A stretch of DNA of 63,946 nucleotides, counting the filler, from Stramenopiles sp. TOSAG23-3 (Eukaryota), in the NCBI GenBank assembly GCA_900128585.1. It is 11 parts of 11 records of this genome, joined end to end, with 100 filler letters (N's around TTAATTAATTAA, not from the genome) between each part and the next. Parts side by side here need not be neighbours in the genome. Positions count along the whole stretch, not along the records: positions 1 to 6,206 come from LT643362.1; positions 6,307 to 12,509 come from LT643363.1; 9 more parts are not named here. The stretch is one strand, 5' to 3'. The first letter of the stretch is position 1, and each line of letters opens with the position of its first letter. The notes under the pieces are model-generated. The model had not been told where the DNA came from. It searched no databases and saw only the letters and a list, made by a program, of their open reading frames with translations. The position numbers were made by a program, and so were the translations under genes. Of this stretch, positions 1 through 10,111 are shown in pieces.

Positions 1-85
1 GAAGAAAGAAGAAGAAAGAAGAAGAAGAAAGAAAAAGAAACAAGAAGAAAGAAGAAGAAAGAAGAAGAAAGAAGAAGAAAGAAGA
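1..85. repeat. (GAA)n/(GAAA)n purine microsatellite
   Basis: Direct: gaagaaagaagaagaaagaa... run at window start. Confidence 0.9.
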
Positions 86-981
86 TCATCTATATCTATT
101 ATATTTACGGTATTCTATAGACGACTAATATATTGTAATCTAACCAAATTACTAGACGAATAATTAGGTAACAAATTAAATAGGCAGAGAGAACTACAAA
201 AACAAAACTCTGTATTAATACTACTGCCTGTTTTTATTATAAAAATGGATCCAAAAGCTAAAAAGTCCACAATAAAAAAAAATTATAATCATCTATTATA
301 GTCTAAGTATTTTTATTTGTAGTCTCTACTACTATTTTAAATCGATCCTCTTTTCACAACTTGCCTTGCTCAGAACTTATTTATTTGCTATTTTACATAT
401 TACATCAAATAGCATTTCCTATCAAAAAATATACTTGTCTGCATAAGAATACATACCCTGATCGTAACCATATTTGTACTTAATTTGTAGTCTTATTTGT
501 CGTCTTATTGATTACTATTGAATTACCATTGAATACATAAATACAGCATTATCACAAATAGCATATAAATACCAAAGAGGTGCTTAGCGGAATCATCTGA
601 AAACATCTCAGCGGCGTCATTGATACTGCAGCACTGCAGCAGCATGTGGATGGACAATTATTAAAATAATTAAAATAATAAAATAATAAAATAATAAAAA
701 AATGAGAGAGAGAGCAGAGAGCAGAGAGCGGAGGGAGGAGAGCGAGCGATCTTCTTCTTCATTTTTTTATCATCATCTTTTTTTTGAAAATATTAATACG
801 ACGATGTAATTTGTTCGAAAACGTCAAATCAATATCTCCTTGTAACTACGTTCTAAACCTTGAAGTAGTGAACGATAGCGGCAGTTTCATCTTGTACGGT
901 ACGGGTCACTGTTGGTTTCTCATTTCTTTCAGTCTTGTTGCCCTTTCGTTCGTTAGCTGGTTCTATGCTACTTGTTCTTTC

Positions 982-2448
982 ATGAATCTGTTCGGTTCGA
1001 GCTGCCGACAGCCTGGGTCCACGCTTTTTCTCGCTGTGGTATGTTGTTTATTCGGTTGTGCAGCGACGAATAATGTCGCAAGTTGGGATCTCGCTGCCTG
1101 TAATAAAGCCAAGAAGGACTACGGCCCAAAGGGCTGTTTCGGCTGCAAAGACCCTACCATGGGTTTCAAAGGGTTTCAAACGTTTGACCCGAAACCGATA
1201 TTCCACGAAGACCAACCGCCTGAGAGGTGGCTGCAAGTTGTTATTGGGACGGTCCCGCGCGCGGGGGGGCTTCCCTACTTGGTCCGTACATTGCGTGCCA
1301 TTCGGCACCAACTTCCCAGAGCCGATACTAAAGACCCGTTTGGGAACGGTGAGGTCCACGTAAAGATCGTCAACTTTCGTCCCAGGACCCACCAAGTTTT
1401 TGAGAGAGTAAAAATCGAGTTCGAAGAGCACCACAAGAGCAAAAACACGTTTGATTTTGAAGAAATGGAGCCAAACCGGTGCGATCCGGAGAAACCAAGA
1501 GGTTGGAAGTACGTGCCCAGTTTATCCCCAGAGTTACACCCTAGACAACAGACAAGGGACGTGATATCCCTCTTGCTGCGATCGAATTACGACAAATGCG
1601 AGAACATGCTGATCATGGAAGATGATTTTGAACTGTGTCCTTTGGGTTTGCACATGATTAAAATGGCAATTGCTCGGGCCGATCAGCGCGGCTGGAGCAC
1701 CATCAGGGTTGGTGTGGGGATGAGTGGGATCATTATCAAATGCAGCGAAATTCCGCCGTTCATCAGCTATTTGATGAACAACCAGAACATGATGCCCGTG
1801 GATCTGCTCTACACGGAATATTTCGCAGGAATCCATCGTTCCGGGAAGGCGAGGTTTGGGAGCAACAGGATGAGCATGCGGCCATTTCGGGTGCTGCAGT
1901 ACAATTTAATGGACCACCTTGGCGGCATCTCGACGTTCAAAGGTAGGGCTCGTCGCAAAGTAGTCGGCTGCGGTGGAAAACTGGTAGTTAACTCATACAT
2001 GAAAATCGAGTCCTTTCAAGCAAAATGTGCAATTGCCGGCATGTCTCCGTGTGAAGGGGGCGCGGCAACGTTTGGGGCGCATACCCAGTATGGGTTCCAC
2101 CGGGCCAACCGGAGGGCCCTTCCCGGAAACATCGAGCTGGTCGTGGGCGAACTGGGGCAGAGTTGCACAGAAGTCTGTCAGAAAGTCCTCAAAAGCAAAT
2201 GTTCAAACAGTGAATGGGCTGCCCTGGACGACTGCAACCGCCTTACTTCTTTTTTTGATTGTCCAGGAGGTTGTCACGGCCCTGAGAAGACTTTGCCCGA
2301 TGCAAGCTCCAACACGTCGCCCTCGTTGTTCAAGGAAGAAGGCATTTGTCAGCACAGCTCTAGTGCCCAAGGAAAGAACGAAAACAGATGTAATACCAAA
2401 GATGAACATGCGCAGCGTCTTTGCCCCTGTGATTTGTTCAAAAAGTAA
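982..2448 (+). CDS. GT54 (MGAT4/GnT-IV-like) glycosyltransferase with MGAT5/GnT-V-type Cys-rich C-terminal domain
   Basis: First ATG at 982 (ORF open from 784), followed by a hydrophobic signal/anchor. VIGTVPR..LPYLVRTL and LIMEDDFELC are GT54-like. C-terminal GQSCTEVC...C...QRLCPC matches the GnT-V terminal domain pattern. Confidence 0.7.
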   Translation: MNLFGSSCRQPGSTLFLAVVCCLFGCAATNNVASWDLAACNKAKKDYGPKGCFGCKDPTMGFKGFQTFDPKPIFHEDQPPERWLQVVIGTVPRAGGLPYLVRTLRAIRHQLPRADTKDPFGNGEVHVKIVNFRPRTHQVFERVKIEFEEHHKSKNTFDFEEMEPNRCDPEKPRGWKYVPSLSPELHPRQQTRDVISLLLRSNYDKCENMLIMEDDFELCPLGLHMIKMAIARADQRGWSTIRVGVGMSGIIIKCSEIPPFISYLMNNQNMMPVDLLYTEYFAGIHRSGKARFGSNRMSMRPFRVLQYNLMDHLGGISTFKGRARRKVVGCGGKLVVNSYMKIESFQAKCAIAGMSPCEGGAATFGAHTQYGFHRANRRALPGNIELVVGELGQSCTEVCQKVLKSKCSNSEWAALDDCNRLTSFFDCPGGCHGPEKTLPDASSNTSPSLFKEEGICQHSSSAQGKNENRCNTKDEHAQRLCPCDLFKK

Positions 2449-2570
2449 AAATCGCATTTAATTTAGAATTTAGTGTAAAATTACGAAAGAGATTCGGTGT
2501 AGTAAGAGCCAATTTTTAGTTTTAATTGTTTGCCTATTTATATTCACGCCCGTTGCACGAATCGTTTCAA

Positions 2571-4271
2571 TTAATGCTTACTCAGCTTTTTGGTCTGAAG
2601 CCGGTAGTGGTACTCATTGTAAGGGTGATCGTCACCACCTGGCGTTTGTTTAGAGTAAGTGAAAGGAGCAGGCCCTGAGGGTCCGTTGTGAGTGCTCCTG
2701 TGGACGATTGATGCGTTGTGACCTCTCGCTTTTGCTCCTCGAATGTTCTTGGTTATGTTTCTTCGCATTTCCCTAAGTTTGTCGTGTTTCAGTACTGCTT
2801 CCTTCGATTGCAAAAGCGGGGTGGAAAACACGCCTGCGAACACTGTGAGCATTATGAATAATAGAGCCATTATGGTTTTGCGGGAAATTACCATTTTCCT
2901 GGCGTGGGACGACCCGGAATGTCCGTCCTCGTCGAGTTTCCTTTTGGCGCTGATGACGGGTCCTTCGCTGGCTGCGTGCCGGTTTCCCTTGCTGTCCAAT
3001 TTAACCACGAAATTTCCCCCATCGCTGTACAGGTAAAGCGAGGCTAAAATTGCGATTACTGATAGGCAGTAGTTTACGTCTGGGAATATTTTCAATGAAA
3101 CGATAGCCAATGCCATAGAAATTACCATTGCAAAACTCAACAGAAATAGCTTCGCAACAGCTCCTAGCTCTTTTATTATAGCAGACAAAACTACCCCTAG
3201 GAAGCATTGGTTCAGGACCAGCATCCATGTCCAAAAATTAAACCCATTCAACAGGTGCGCTTCGTTCGGATGCTCCGCTCTGTGCGACTGAATGTCCCAC
3301 ATGCAATGCACGAGGGAGAAAAAGGTGCCCCACAGCGAGACTTTCAAAAATTTAACGCCAAGGCTCGCTTGGTATGTCCGCCTAGTTTTGCCCCTCAGCA
3401 GCCATTCGCTGTAAGCCGCTGTCACCGACGACAAAAAGCTGTAGATCAGTATCAAAGTTAGGCCGTGGCTGGTTACGAAGAACCTGTGGTCCTTCAGCGC
3501 TGATTCTACCGAATCTGTCAACGACACCACTTCCCCGTCGTCCCCTACGGTATTGAGGCCATCCTGAAACGATGGGTTGCTGGGGTCCGGGCCGGAATTT
3601 CCGGAACCAGCACTTGGCTCGTCCAGTACCATCATGTGCTTCATTTTCGAATAATGGTAATGGACGTGCTTCGCGTGCGGCAAGCTTGACTTCTCCTGCA
3701 GTTGCTCGTGAGAAGCCGACGCTGCAAAGACTGAGCCCAAAAACAGGGCGACCAAACCAATCCACTGCTTTTCAGATATTCGATGCTTCAAAAATATGCG
3801 ACAACATACCGCGGTTCCAATAATTTTCAGACTGCACAAAGTCTGAAAGGTTGCGCTGTCCATTTCCTCCAGGCACGTGAAGGCTATCTGGTCATTCAAA
3901 GCGTACATCAGGGCAGGGAAGGCGTAGTAGACGAATTCCACGCTGCATAGATCGTTCATGCCCAGGTGCTTGTGTGCGCCAGTGCATATGATTATAACAC
4001 AGCATATTATAACGCGTGCAATTTCTGACAAAAATACAACACTGGAGAGAATAAAGTGAAAGTGACTGTCTTCGCCTTTGGCCCACACGAACAAAATTGA
4101 GTTCGTGGAGTACAAAAAAATTCCTAATAAGAACAAAAAAGTGATGCCCCAACTAAGCTCCACGTCTGCATTTTTATGTTTGTCAACCTCGACTTTTCTC
4201 CTCGGTGACGGCGACATTGCAACCTCCAAACTTCCAACCGCCCGTGCAGGCAACCGTTTCTGCTGCAGCAT
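2571..4271 (-). CDS. Nucleotide-sugar transporter, SLC35A family
   Basis: YAFPALMYALNDQI...MDSATFQTLCSLKIIGTA...KQWIGLVALFLG is typical of SLC35A; multiple TM helices. Start uncertain (first ATG 4271). Confidence 0.85.
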   Translation of the reverse strand: MLQQKRLPARAVGSLEVAMSPSPRRKVEVDKHKNADVELSWGITFLFLLGIFLYSTNSILFVWAKGEDSHFHFILSSVVFLSEIARVIICCVIIICTGAHKHLGMNDLCSVEFVYYAFPALMYALNDQIAFTCLEEMDSATFQTLCSLKIIGTAVCCRIFLKHRISEKQWIGLVALFLGSVFAASASHEQLQEKSSLPHAKHVHYHYSKMKHMMVLDEPSAGSGNSGPDPSNPSFQDGLNTVGDDGEVVSLTDSVESALKDHRFFVTSHGLTLILIYSFLSSVTAAYSEWLLRGKTRRTYQASLGVKFLKVSLWGTFFSLVHCMWDIQSHRAEHPNEAHLLNGFNFWTWMLVLNQCFLGVVLSAIIKELGAVAKLFLLSFAMVISMALAIVSLKIFPDVNYCLSVIAILASLYLYSDGGNFVVKLDSKGNRHAASEGPVISAKRKLDEDGHSGSSHARKMVISRKTIMALLFIMLTVFAGVFSTPLLQSKEAVLKHDKLREMRRNITKNIRGAKARGHNASIVHRSTHNGPSGPAPFTYSKQTPGGDDHPYNEYHYRLQTKKLSKH

Positions 4272-4759
4272 CGTATTCCCAGCAACTAAAAGCTGTGCGG
4301 GAACAAACACCCAGCCGGCCAGAGCAAAGAGAAAAAATGGGTGGGGAAGAAACAGTGCAGTGTGCTTGGTCTACCTGTATTCCACTCACAAATTATAACA
4401 GCGAATGGTTTGTTGTACTCCCGTCGATCAATTTCAAAAAGAGTAAAGAGTTGTCGCACGCATAGTTAGTAATAACAAACAACGTTTTTTAATATTATTA
4501 TTAAATAATTTTACTACATATTTTTTTTTCTCCTTCCTCCTCCTCCTCCTTCCTACTCTTTTTTTCTTCTTCCTTCTCTTCTTCTTTTCTTTTTTTTTTC
4601 GGTCAATAATAATAATACTTCTGGTACCGGCGGTACATACAGGCACCGGGTTGTACCAGTAACAGTATGTTTATCCTTACTTTGTTTCATGAATTCTGAT
4701 TTTTTACTTTTTAATTAGTAGTACGACTAATTGTATAAAATATTTTATATAGCTAATAA

Positions 4760-4824
4760 TAAAAACAAGAAAATTGGCTGTTGTTATTTAAGTAATAATT
4801 AAAATTAATGTAGTACTGCGAACT
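4760..4824 (+). repeat. Dispersed non-coding element, copy 1 (TAAAAACAAGAAAATTGGCTG...TATTTAAGTA...TAATGTAGTACTGCGAAC)
   Basis: Near-identical sequence recurs at 15647-15703 (-), 40396-40495 (+, two copies) and 47016-47070 (-, two copies). Confidence 0.8.
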
Positions 4825-4966
4825 GAAATATATTATAATAGAAAAATAATATAAGACGACTAATTCCCTGTTTATTATCTATAGAACGACTAGCTAATAG
4901 ACTAATAATAATGTTACAAACACAAGACAGACTGAGATAGGAAAGAAAAGACGGATCGTCATCGCC

Positions 4967-5743
4967 CTATTTTTTGCGTCTAGGTTTGCGGCTGACTTTT
5001 AATTTATCGTTCATGTCATTTGCTAAACCTTCAATATCTGCTTTGTTGACCTTTTTCTTCTTCCCCGATTTTTTTTTTGCTGCAGGCTTCTTTCTGTCGA
5101 GGTCGGTGACATCAGGGACAACTCCTGCATTGATCAACACAAGTTCAGGTTTAAACTTTTCCGATGACCGTATAAGCTGCTGCTTCGTCATTGTGATCAG
5201 TGTAGTGAGAAAGGTATCCTTGTCTTCGATGCCCTCTTGGGTAATTTCTTTTCCTCGAGCGCTTAATCCAGTGACTGTTGTGTACAGCTCCGTGCGACCG
5301 GTGCGAGCGTCCTTGGCTAATTCTTTTGTGCCCCAACTGGTTATTTTCACCACGTTGGTCCTGCTTTTCTTTCCTGATTTTGATATCGTCTCAAGGGACA
5401 AGTGTCCTGCAAACGTTTGTGACCCCAAGTCTATCACGGTGACTACAGTGGTTTCAAAGGTTGGGGGGAATTCGTTTTTTGTGTGATTGCACTGCTTACA
5501 ACATGGGAACACTCCAATGTGGGTCTTCCTGCCTATTGTCACAATGCAATGGGCTCCTACAACATTTTTACCATTTTCCCAGTCCAACAAATGAGGTTTA
5601 TGACCGTCAGAAAATCCAACGCACGGGCAGTACGGTGGAATGTCCTTTTTGCTTACGTGAGTAGTGTAAAATTTTATCCACCCCCCCGCAATCGTATGTG
5701 TTGACGTTCCTGCCAGATGGCGTATTTTACACCTCCCTTCCAT
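4967..5743 (-). CDS. Hypothetical protein with N-terminal HNH-like Cys/His module and Lys-rich tail
   Basis: 258-aa ATG ORF with coding-like composition. Motifs GTS...W...CPC...VGAH...VFPCCKQCN; basic C-terminus. The fold call is inference. Confidence 0.6.
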   Translation of the reverse strand: MEGRCKIRHLAGTSTHTIAGGWIKFYTTHVSKKDIPPYCPCVGFSDGHKPHLLDWENGKNVVGAHCIVTIGRKTHIGVFPCCKQCNHTKNEFPPTFETTVVTVIDLGSQTFAGHLSLETISKSGKKSRTNVVKITSWGTKELAKDARTGRTELYTTVTGLSARGKEITQEGIEDKDTFLTTLITMTKQQLIRSSEKFKPELVLINAGVVPDVTDLDRKKPAAKKKSGKKKKVNKADIEGLANDMNDKLKVSRKPRRKK

Positions 5744-6206
5744 CCTCCCGTCAGTTTCAATTCTATAAACTCTAACTCTAATGGTTGCTGTTGGCGTGAT
5801 TAACAGCTAGGCATACTTCTAACAGATCTCTCCATATCATTGTCGAAATGGATTTGGTAATTGTTGACATTTATTACGTTCGTACTGAGAACCCATGATG
5901 GGAGAAGATTAGACATCTATACTCACTATTTTTTTTAGTTCAACAATAATAATCCTCTTTTTTTTCTTCTTCTTCTTCTTTTTTTTTTTTATTATTTTTT
6001 TTTTCTTTCTCGTCGTTCTTCTTCTTCTCTCCTCCTCTTCTTCTTTTTAAGTATTATAGTTTACAATGACATATCAGCTGCGCTTGAATATCTCACAATA
6101 ATAATTCTGTCCACTAATACGTCCCTAACGTTCGTTTTCCTAGTTGTTGTCTTCTTCTTTCTTCTTCTCTCGATTATGATGTGTGATGTGAGAGGAGAGG
6201 AGGAAG

Positions 6207-6306
6207 NNNNNNNNNNNNNNNNNNNNNNNNNNNNNNNNNNNNNNNNNNNNTTAATTAATTAANNNNNNNNNNNNNNNNNNNNNNNNNNNNNNNNNNNNNN
6301 NNNNNN
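6207..6306. other. Artificial contig spacer (44N-TTAATTAATTAA-44N)
   Basis: Identical spacers also at 12510-12609, 18809-18908, 25100-25199, 31390-31489, 37676-37775, 43959-44058, 50236-50335, 56507-56606 and 62772-62871. The 12-mer gives stops in all six frames. Confidence 0.98.
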
Positions 6307-6568
6307 CCTTCGCCAAAGCCCGAGCACGTTTCCAAGACAGTATAGCTGATCTCATATTGTGCGTTGCAAAATAATGCCAACCCAGGACATAGTTCCATAT
6401 TAGTTTGAATGGTCTAGAAAGGAATTTGAAACGTTTCATGGTAGATAATAAACGCTTAACTTTCTTTTGTTGTATTGGGATACCGTACCTAATGGGAGAT
6501 TTAGAATGAAAGTGCTGAATCGCGCAGTAAATGCTAAATATTTGAGCAAACGGGTAATACCAATTCAA
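6307..6568 (-). pseudogene. Probable C-terminal helical fragment of the adjacent adenylate cyclase gene, running off the contig
   Basis: Same frame as 6599..8002 after two TGA codons. VLGWHYF...AILSWKRARALAK resembles the C-terminal TPR-like end of cyclase-AAA proteins (inference). Confidence 0.35.
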
Positions 6569-6598
6569 TCATTGCGCCTGGAATGAGATTGGACAAGG

Positions 6599-8002
6599 TC
6601 AAAGCTTAGCCTGCATGCTTCTACCACAGAAAACTTTTCCCGTCGTTAGACCTATCTGAGAGGCAAAGGAGTAGTCGGTGACGGTTTCTTTTATCTTTAT
6701 TGCTCCGCTAACGGCTCGATCAGTTTGATGGTGGCACAATGAAGACGACAAACCAAATGCTGCTAAAAGATACGAGCCTTTGTCGTCCATGGTGAATCTG
6801 CACAGTGTTCCGTCGTTGGCAGTTAGGATGGATTGAATGCTCCGAATTAAAGTTTGAAGCGTACCAAGGTACTCCGGGCCTTTGCCATATTCTAGGCCAA
6901 GCAACTTTATAAACAATATAGTACACACCTTAAAACCAGCGATTTGGCTGCATGACCGGCTTTTGATTGCTAAAAGTGCAGGAAGTGGAATGTAGGACTC
7001 TAGAATTGGGATCAACATGACCGAGATTTCATCTTCGGGGCTTGGAGGCAAAAACCTGTGCGAGACGCTGCAAGTTTCCATCGATAACCGAAACAAGATA
7101 TAGTTGTCTGATTCTAAGCGGAAAGCTTCTACTGGGAGTGATCCTTTTTTAACAGAGTGCGAAACTTTTTCTTTGGAAAGCGACGAAGTTTTTGCTTCAA
7201 ACCCTCCGTCTACGCGAAACTGCTTCGGGATCGCTGCCCATAAATTATTGTAAGCACTATTTGACAATACAACTTGTCCAGCTTTGGCCTCGTCCGCAGC
7301 GAGGCACATTTCTCGTATTGGGCGTCCCGTTACAATGTACTCATACCGATTCATCACCCCACCTACTTGATAACCAACTATGTCCCCAGCTGCGACACCG
7401 CAATGTACTCGTATAGTCGTATCGTTGGCCTTGAAATTAAAGCTAGAGAGATCCATTGCAGCCTTGCATGCGGATAAGGTTGCCTTGGGTAGAGAGCCAT
7501 GGAAACATTCCTTATCAAATACGGCCATGCAGGCGTCACCTGCGAACTTGACTATGTCTCCACCGTGTTCATATAACGTTTTGACCATTTGCGACATTGA
7601 GGATTCTATGTATACATAAAGTTCCTCTGCTGCATTTACAGAACAGTTTAAATCTTTTTCTAAGTCTTCTGCCAATCGGGAAAAACCACTGATGTCGGCA
7701 AATATAACAGCTGCAGTGTACGACTCTACCCATGGCTGCACCTCCATGCTTGTTAAAAAGTCTGCAAGGCCGATGTCGCCATTTTTCGAAACTGCGCGCG
7801 TTTTTGCTTGTTCCCAGTAGCGCTGTACGATCCTTGCCGGGACAAACCTTTGCCTTCGCGAGAAGTCATCTTCAGCCAATTCCATCGAAGTACCCCTTTT
7901 GTCGATCGATGAAGTATTATTTCGCACGTACTCGCGGCCTTTTGCCAAATAGTTTTTCTCGACAGGTCGCACTGCTGCTGCCCTGGACACGCATGCGCCC
8001 AT
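6599..8002 (-). CDS. Soluble adenylate cyclase (ADCY10/sAC-like), two class III domains, C-terminally truncated
   Basis: C1 has VIFADISGFS, IVKFAGDA and VHCGVAAG. C2 has DDKGSYLLAAFG and IGLTTGKVFCG, then stops prematurely. N-terminal MGAC acylation-type motif. Confidence 0.85.
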   Translation of the reverse strand: MGACVSRAAAVRPVEKNYLAKGREYVRNNTSSIDKRGTSMELAEDDFSRRQRFVPARIVQRYWEQAKTRAVSKNGDIGLADFLTSMEVQPWVESYTAAVIFADISGFSRLAEDLEKDLNCSVNAAEELYVYIESSMSQMVKTLYEHGGDIVKFAGDACMAVFDKECFHGSLPKATLSACKAAMDLSSFNFKANDTTIRVHCGVAAGDIVGYQVGGVMNRYEYIVTGRPIREMCLAADEAKAGQVVLSNSAYNNLWAAIPKQFRVDGGFEAKTSSLSKEKVSHSVKKGSLPVEAFRLESDNYILFRLSMETCSVSHRFLPPSPEDEISVMLIPILESYIPLPALLAIKSRSCSQIAGFKVCTILFIKLLGLEYGKGPEYLGTLQTLIRSIQSILTANDGTLCRFTMDDKGSYLLAAFGLSSSLCHHQTDRAVSGAIKIKETVTDYSFASQIGLTTGKVFCGRSMQAKL

Positions 8003-8602
8003 TACTTTGCGAGGGGGGTATCAATGGACAATACCTTTCATTCAAGTTCCTATTTTATAACGGGGTTGCTTTAATCTTCTCTCTGCTCTGTAAAAAATGA
8101 ACCAAACAGCCGTACAATTCTTAATTAGAGACGGCAGACAAAGATGGTCACTGTTTTCTTGTTTGGAACGGTAGCTGTCGTTTTTTCCAAACATATGACG
8201 AAAAATTACCACATCCACCACCACCGTCGTTCGTTGCTGCTAGATTTCTATTATAATATATATACACATAGCAGGCGGTGGGTTAGAATATTTTGTAGTG
8301 TTGCCACAACAAGACTTCCGTTTATATGCTCCCGGCCTCCTCCGCACCTCCGCATTGGAAAAAATTGAAATAAGTACTACATAATTATTCTAACTCAGAG
8401 ACGTCCTATTTGATATTATTTTATAATATTTCCTCGTAAAGTATTCCATTCAGAATGAATAAATAAGAAACTGTGTTGTATATACGTTGATAGGTGCTGC
8501 GAAACATTAGGTACAGTAGCTTAGCCCTCGCTTTCTTCATCCAGCAGAAACAGGGAAAGTGGCGACGATCGATCGTGCGTCTAAGGACAATGCAACGCTG
8601 CT

Positions 8603-10111
8603 TCAAATACTATCCAGGGATGAGCGAATTATGTATTCGTTACGAACTGCCGCATGTTTAAGCGACACATACCCATCGGCAGTACATTCAAATACCCTGT
8701 TCAGAGGAACCATAGATAAAAACTGGCGCGTTGTGCCGAAGTCCGCTCCGACGTATTTTTTTGCCGTAATTTTGGAACTAGTGTTGCTTCTGACAACGTA
8801 TATACCGTCTAATGCAGTTTCTACTGGGATCCTGACCGTTGCGCGCAGTTTGGAAATGATATCCGTGGCGATTTGTCGCGCTAAAGATGATGTTCCGCCT
8901 ACGTGAACATTTGATCCATACTGTTGCGAACCACCAGGACTCTGGGCACTTTTGGAAGTAGCACGTTGCCGCTCTATTCGTCGTTTCGTGATGTCTCTTG
9001 CCGTGACATAATCGATTTCATCGTCTGACGAGCTGGACGACGACGAGTCGTAGCCCGAAGACAAATACCCCCCTACGCTGCCCTTCTGCATTCCTAGATG
9101 CATCTTCTCGAACGCGCCCGCTCTCTCAAACGCTTCTTTGGCAACTTTTTTTGCTATGGCCCAGGCGTCCACAGCAGTCTCAGCTTTGGACTCCGCATCC
9201 AATCGAAGGGCCCTTTCTCTACTTAGCGATAGCTCTAGCGTGCGGAGTTTTGTGGCAGATGATTCCTGAAATCGCATATCCCACGTCATGTGGACATGCA
9301 AAATTAGGTGCCGATCCTTACTGGGGGTAAGAACGACAGAAACCTTCGTTACTGCTTCTGGTTTCAGGGGTTGGGTTTGCGCGCCGTCGAAGGTCACAAG
9401 GTACGTGTTGCGCTTCTCAGTACTATCTTGATTCCCTATCACACGAAAATTGCGTATGCTCATGGTGTACGGAGGGACTTCATCGGCACGACTGCCCCAC
9501 TCGTGATACCGTCTGCTAAAACCAGCCTTATCGATAGTGTAACCGAGCGGGGTGATTTTTTCGAATGTAGGATGCAACCGGCTCTCGAGCAATGCGAATT
9601 CTTCCGGAGATTTTTCCACTTCCCCAGTCAGCCACTTGTTGAGCAACTGATAAAACATTATAACTTCTTTCTCTAAACTAACACTGATGTCTTCGACTTT
9701 CTCTTTGCCTTTGTTCGCAGGGGTGTCCGCTTCAGAGATATCTTTCGCGTTGCTACTGGTTTTTGAATGCGTGGAAGAACTACCGGGCAAAAGTGAGATG
9801 CTGTCTCCCCTGTTCGTTATCTCTTCGCTCGTCAAGTTTTCTGAATTCGTAGGCTCACGGGTTTCAGTCGTCTTTTCTTCGGCCGGTTTCGCGCCTTTCG
9901 CATTGTTCTTTGATTTCCAATTTTTGCTTATTGCACGTTGGTGAATACTCTGCGTCTTCTCACCAACTACAATCCTCTTTCTAGAGTTCGACTGCTGTAT
10001 GTATTTATCACTGTCATGGGACGAAGAGCCCGCCGAACGGTGGTCAACTTCAGGTCGCTTCGCCTTGAAATTAACCCCCTTACCTTTGCCCTTTCCTTTC
10101 TTACCAACCAT
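8603..10111 (-). CDS. Hypothetical protein: basic disordered N-terminus, NTF2/DUF4440-like domain, coiled coil, small C-terminal domain
   Basis: EVIMFYQLLNKWLTGE...LHPTFEKITPLG...VTFDGAQ...LILHVHMTW resembles bacterial DUF4440/SnoaL-like proteins. Confidence 0.6.
   Translation of the reverse strand: MVGKKGKGKGKGVNFKAKRPEVDHRSAGSSSHDSDKYIQQSNSRKRIVVGEKTQSIHQRAISKNWKSKNNAKGAKPAEEKTTETREPTNSENLTSEEITNRGDSISLLPGSSSTHSKTSSNAKDISEADTPANKGKEKVEDISVSLEKEVIMFYQLLNKWLTGEVEKSPEEFALLESRLHPTFEKITPLGYTIDKAGFSRRYHEWGSRADEVPPYTMSIRNFRVIGNQDSTEKRNTYLVTFDGAQTQPLKPEAVTKVSVVLTPSKDRHLILHVHMTWDMRFQESSATKLRTLELSLSRERALRLDAESKAETAVDAWAIAKKVAKEAFERAGAFEKMHLGMQKGSVGGYLSSGYDSSSSSSSDDEIDYVTARDITKRRIERQRATSKSAQSPGGSQQYGSNVHVGGTSSLARQIATDIISKLRATVRIPVETALDGIYVVRSNTSSKITAKKYVGADFGTTRQFLSMVPLNRVFECTADGYVSLKHAAVRNEYIIRSSLDSI

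Noticed and set aside
4621-4659. Inverted repeat CTGGTAC...GTACCAG upstream of the SLC35A gene
   Set aside because: It is a 7-bp stem with a single occurrence and could arise by chance.
6569-6601. TGA reassignment (two in-frame TGAs in the cyclase region)
   Set aside because: TGA terminates conserved genes at expected positions (PSMA7, DHX35), and read-through would not restore the missing C2 motifs.
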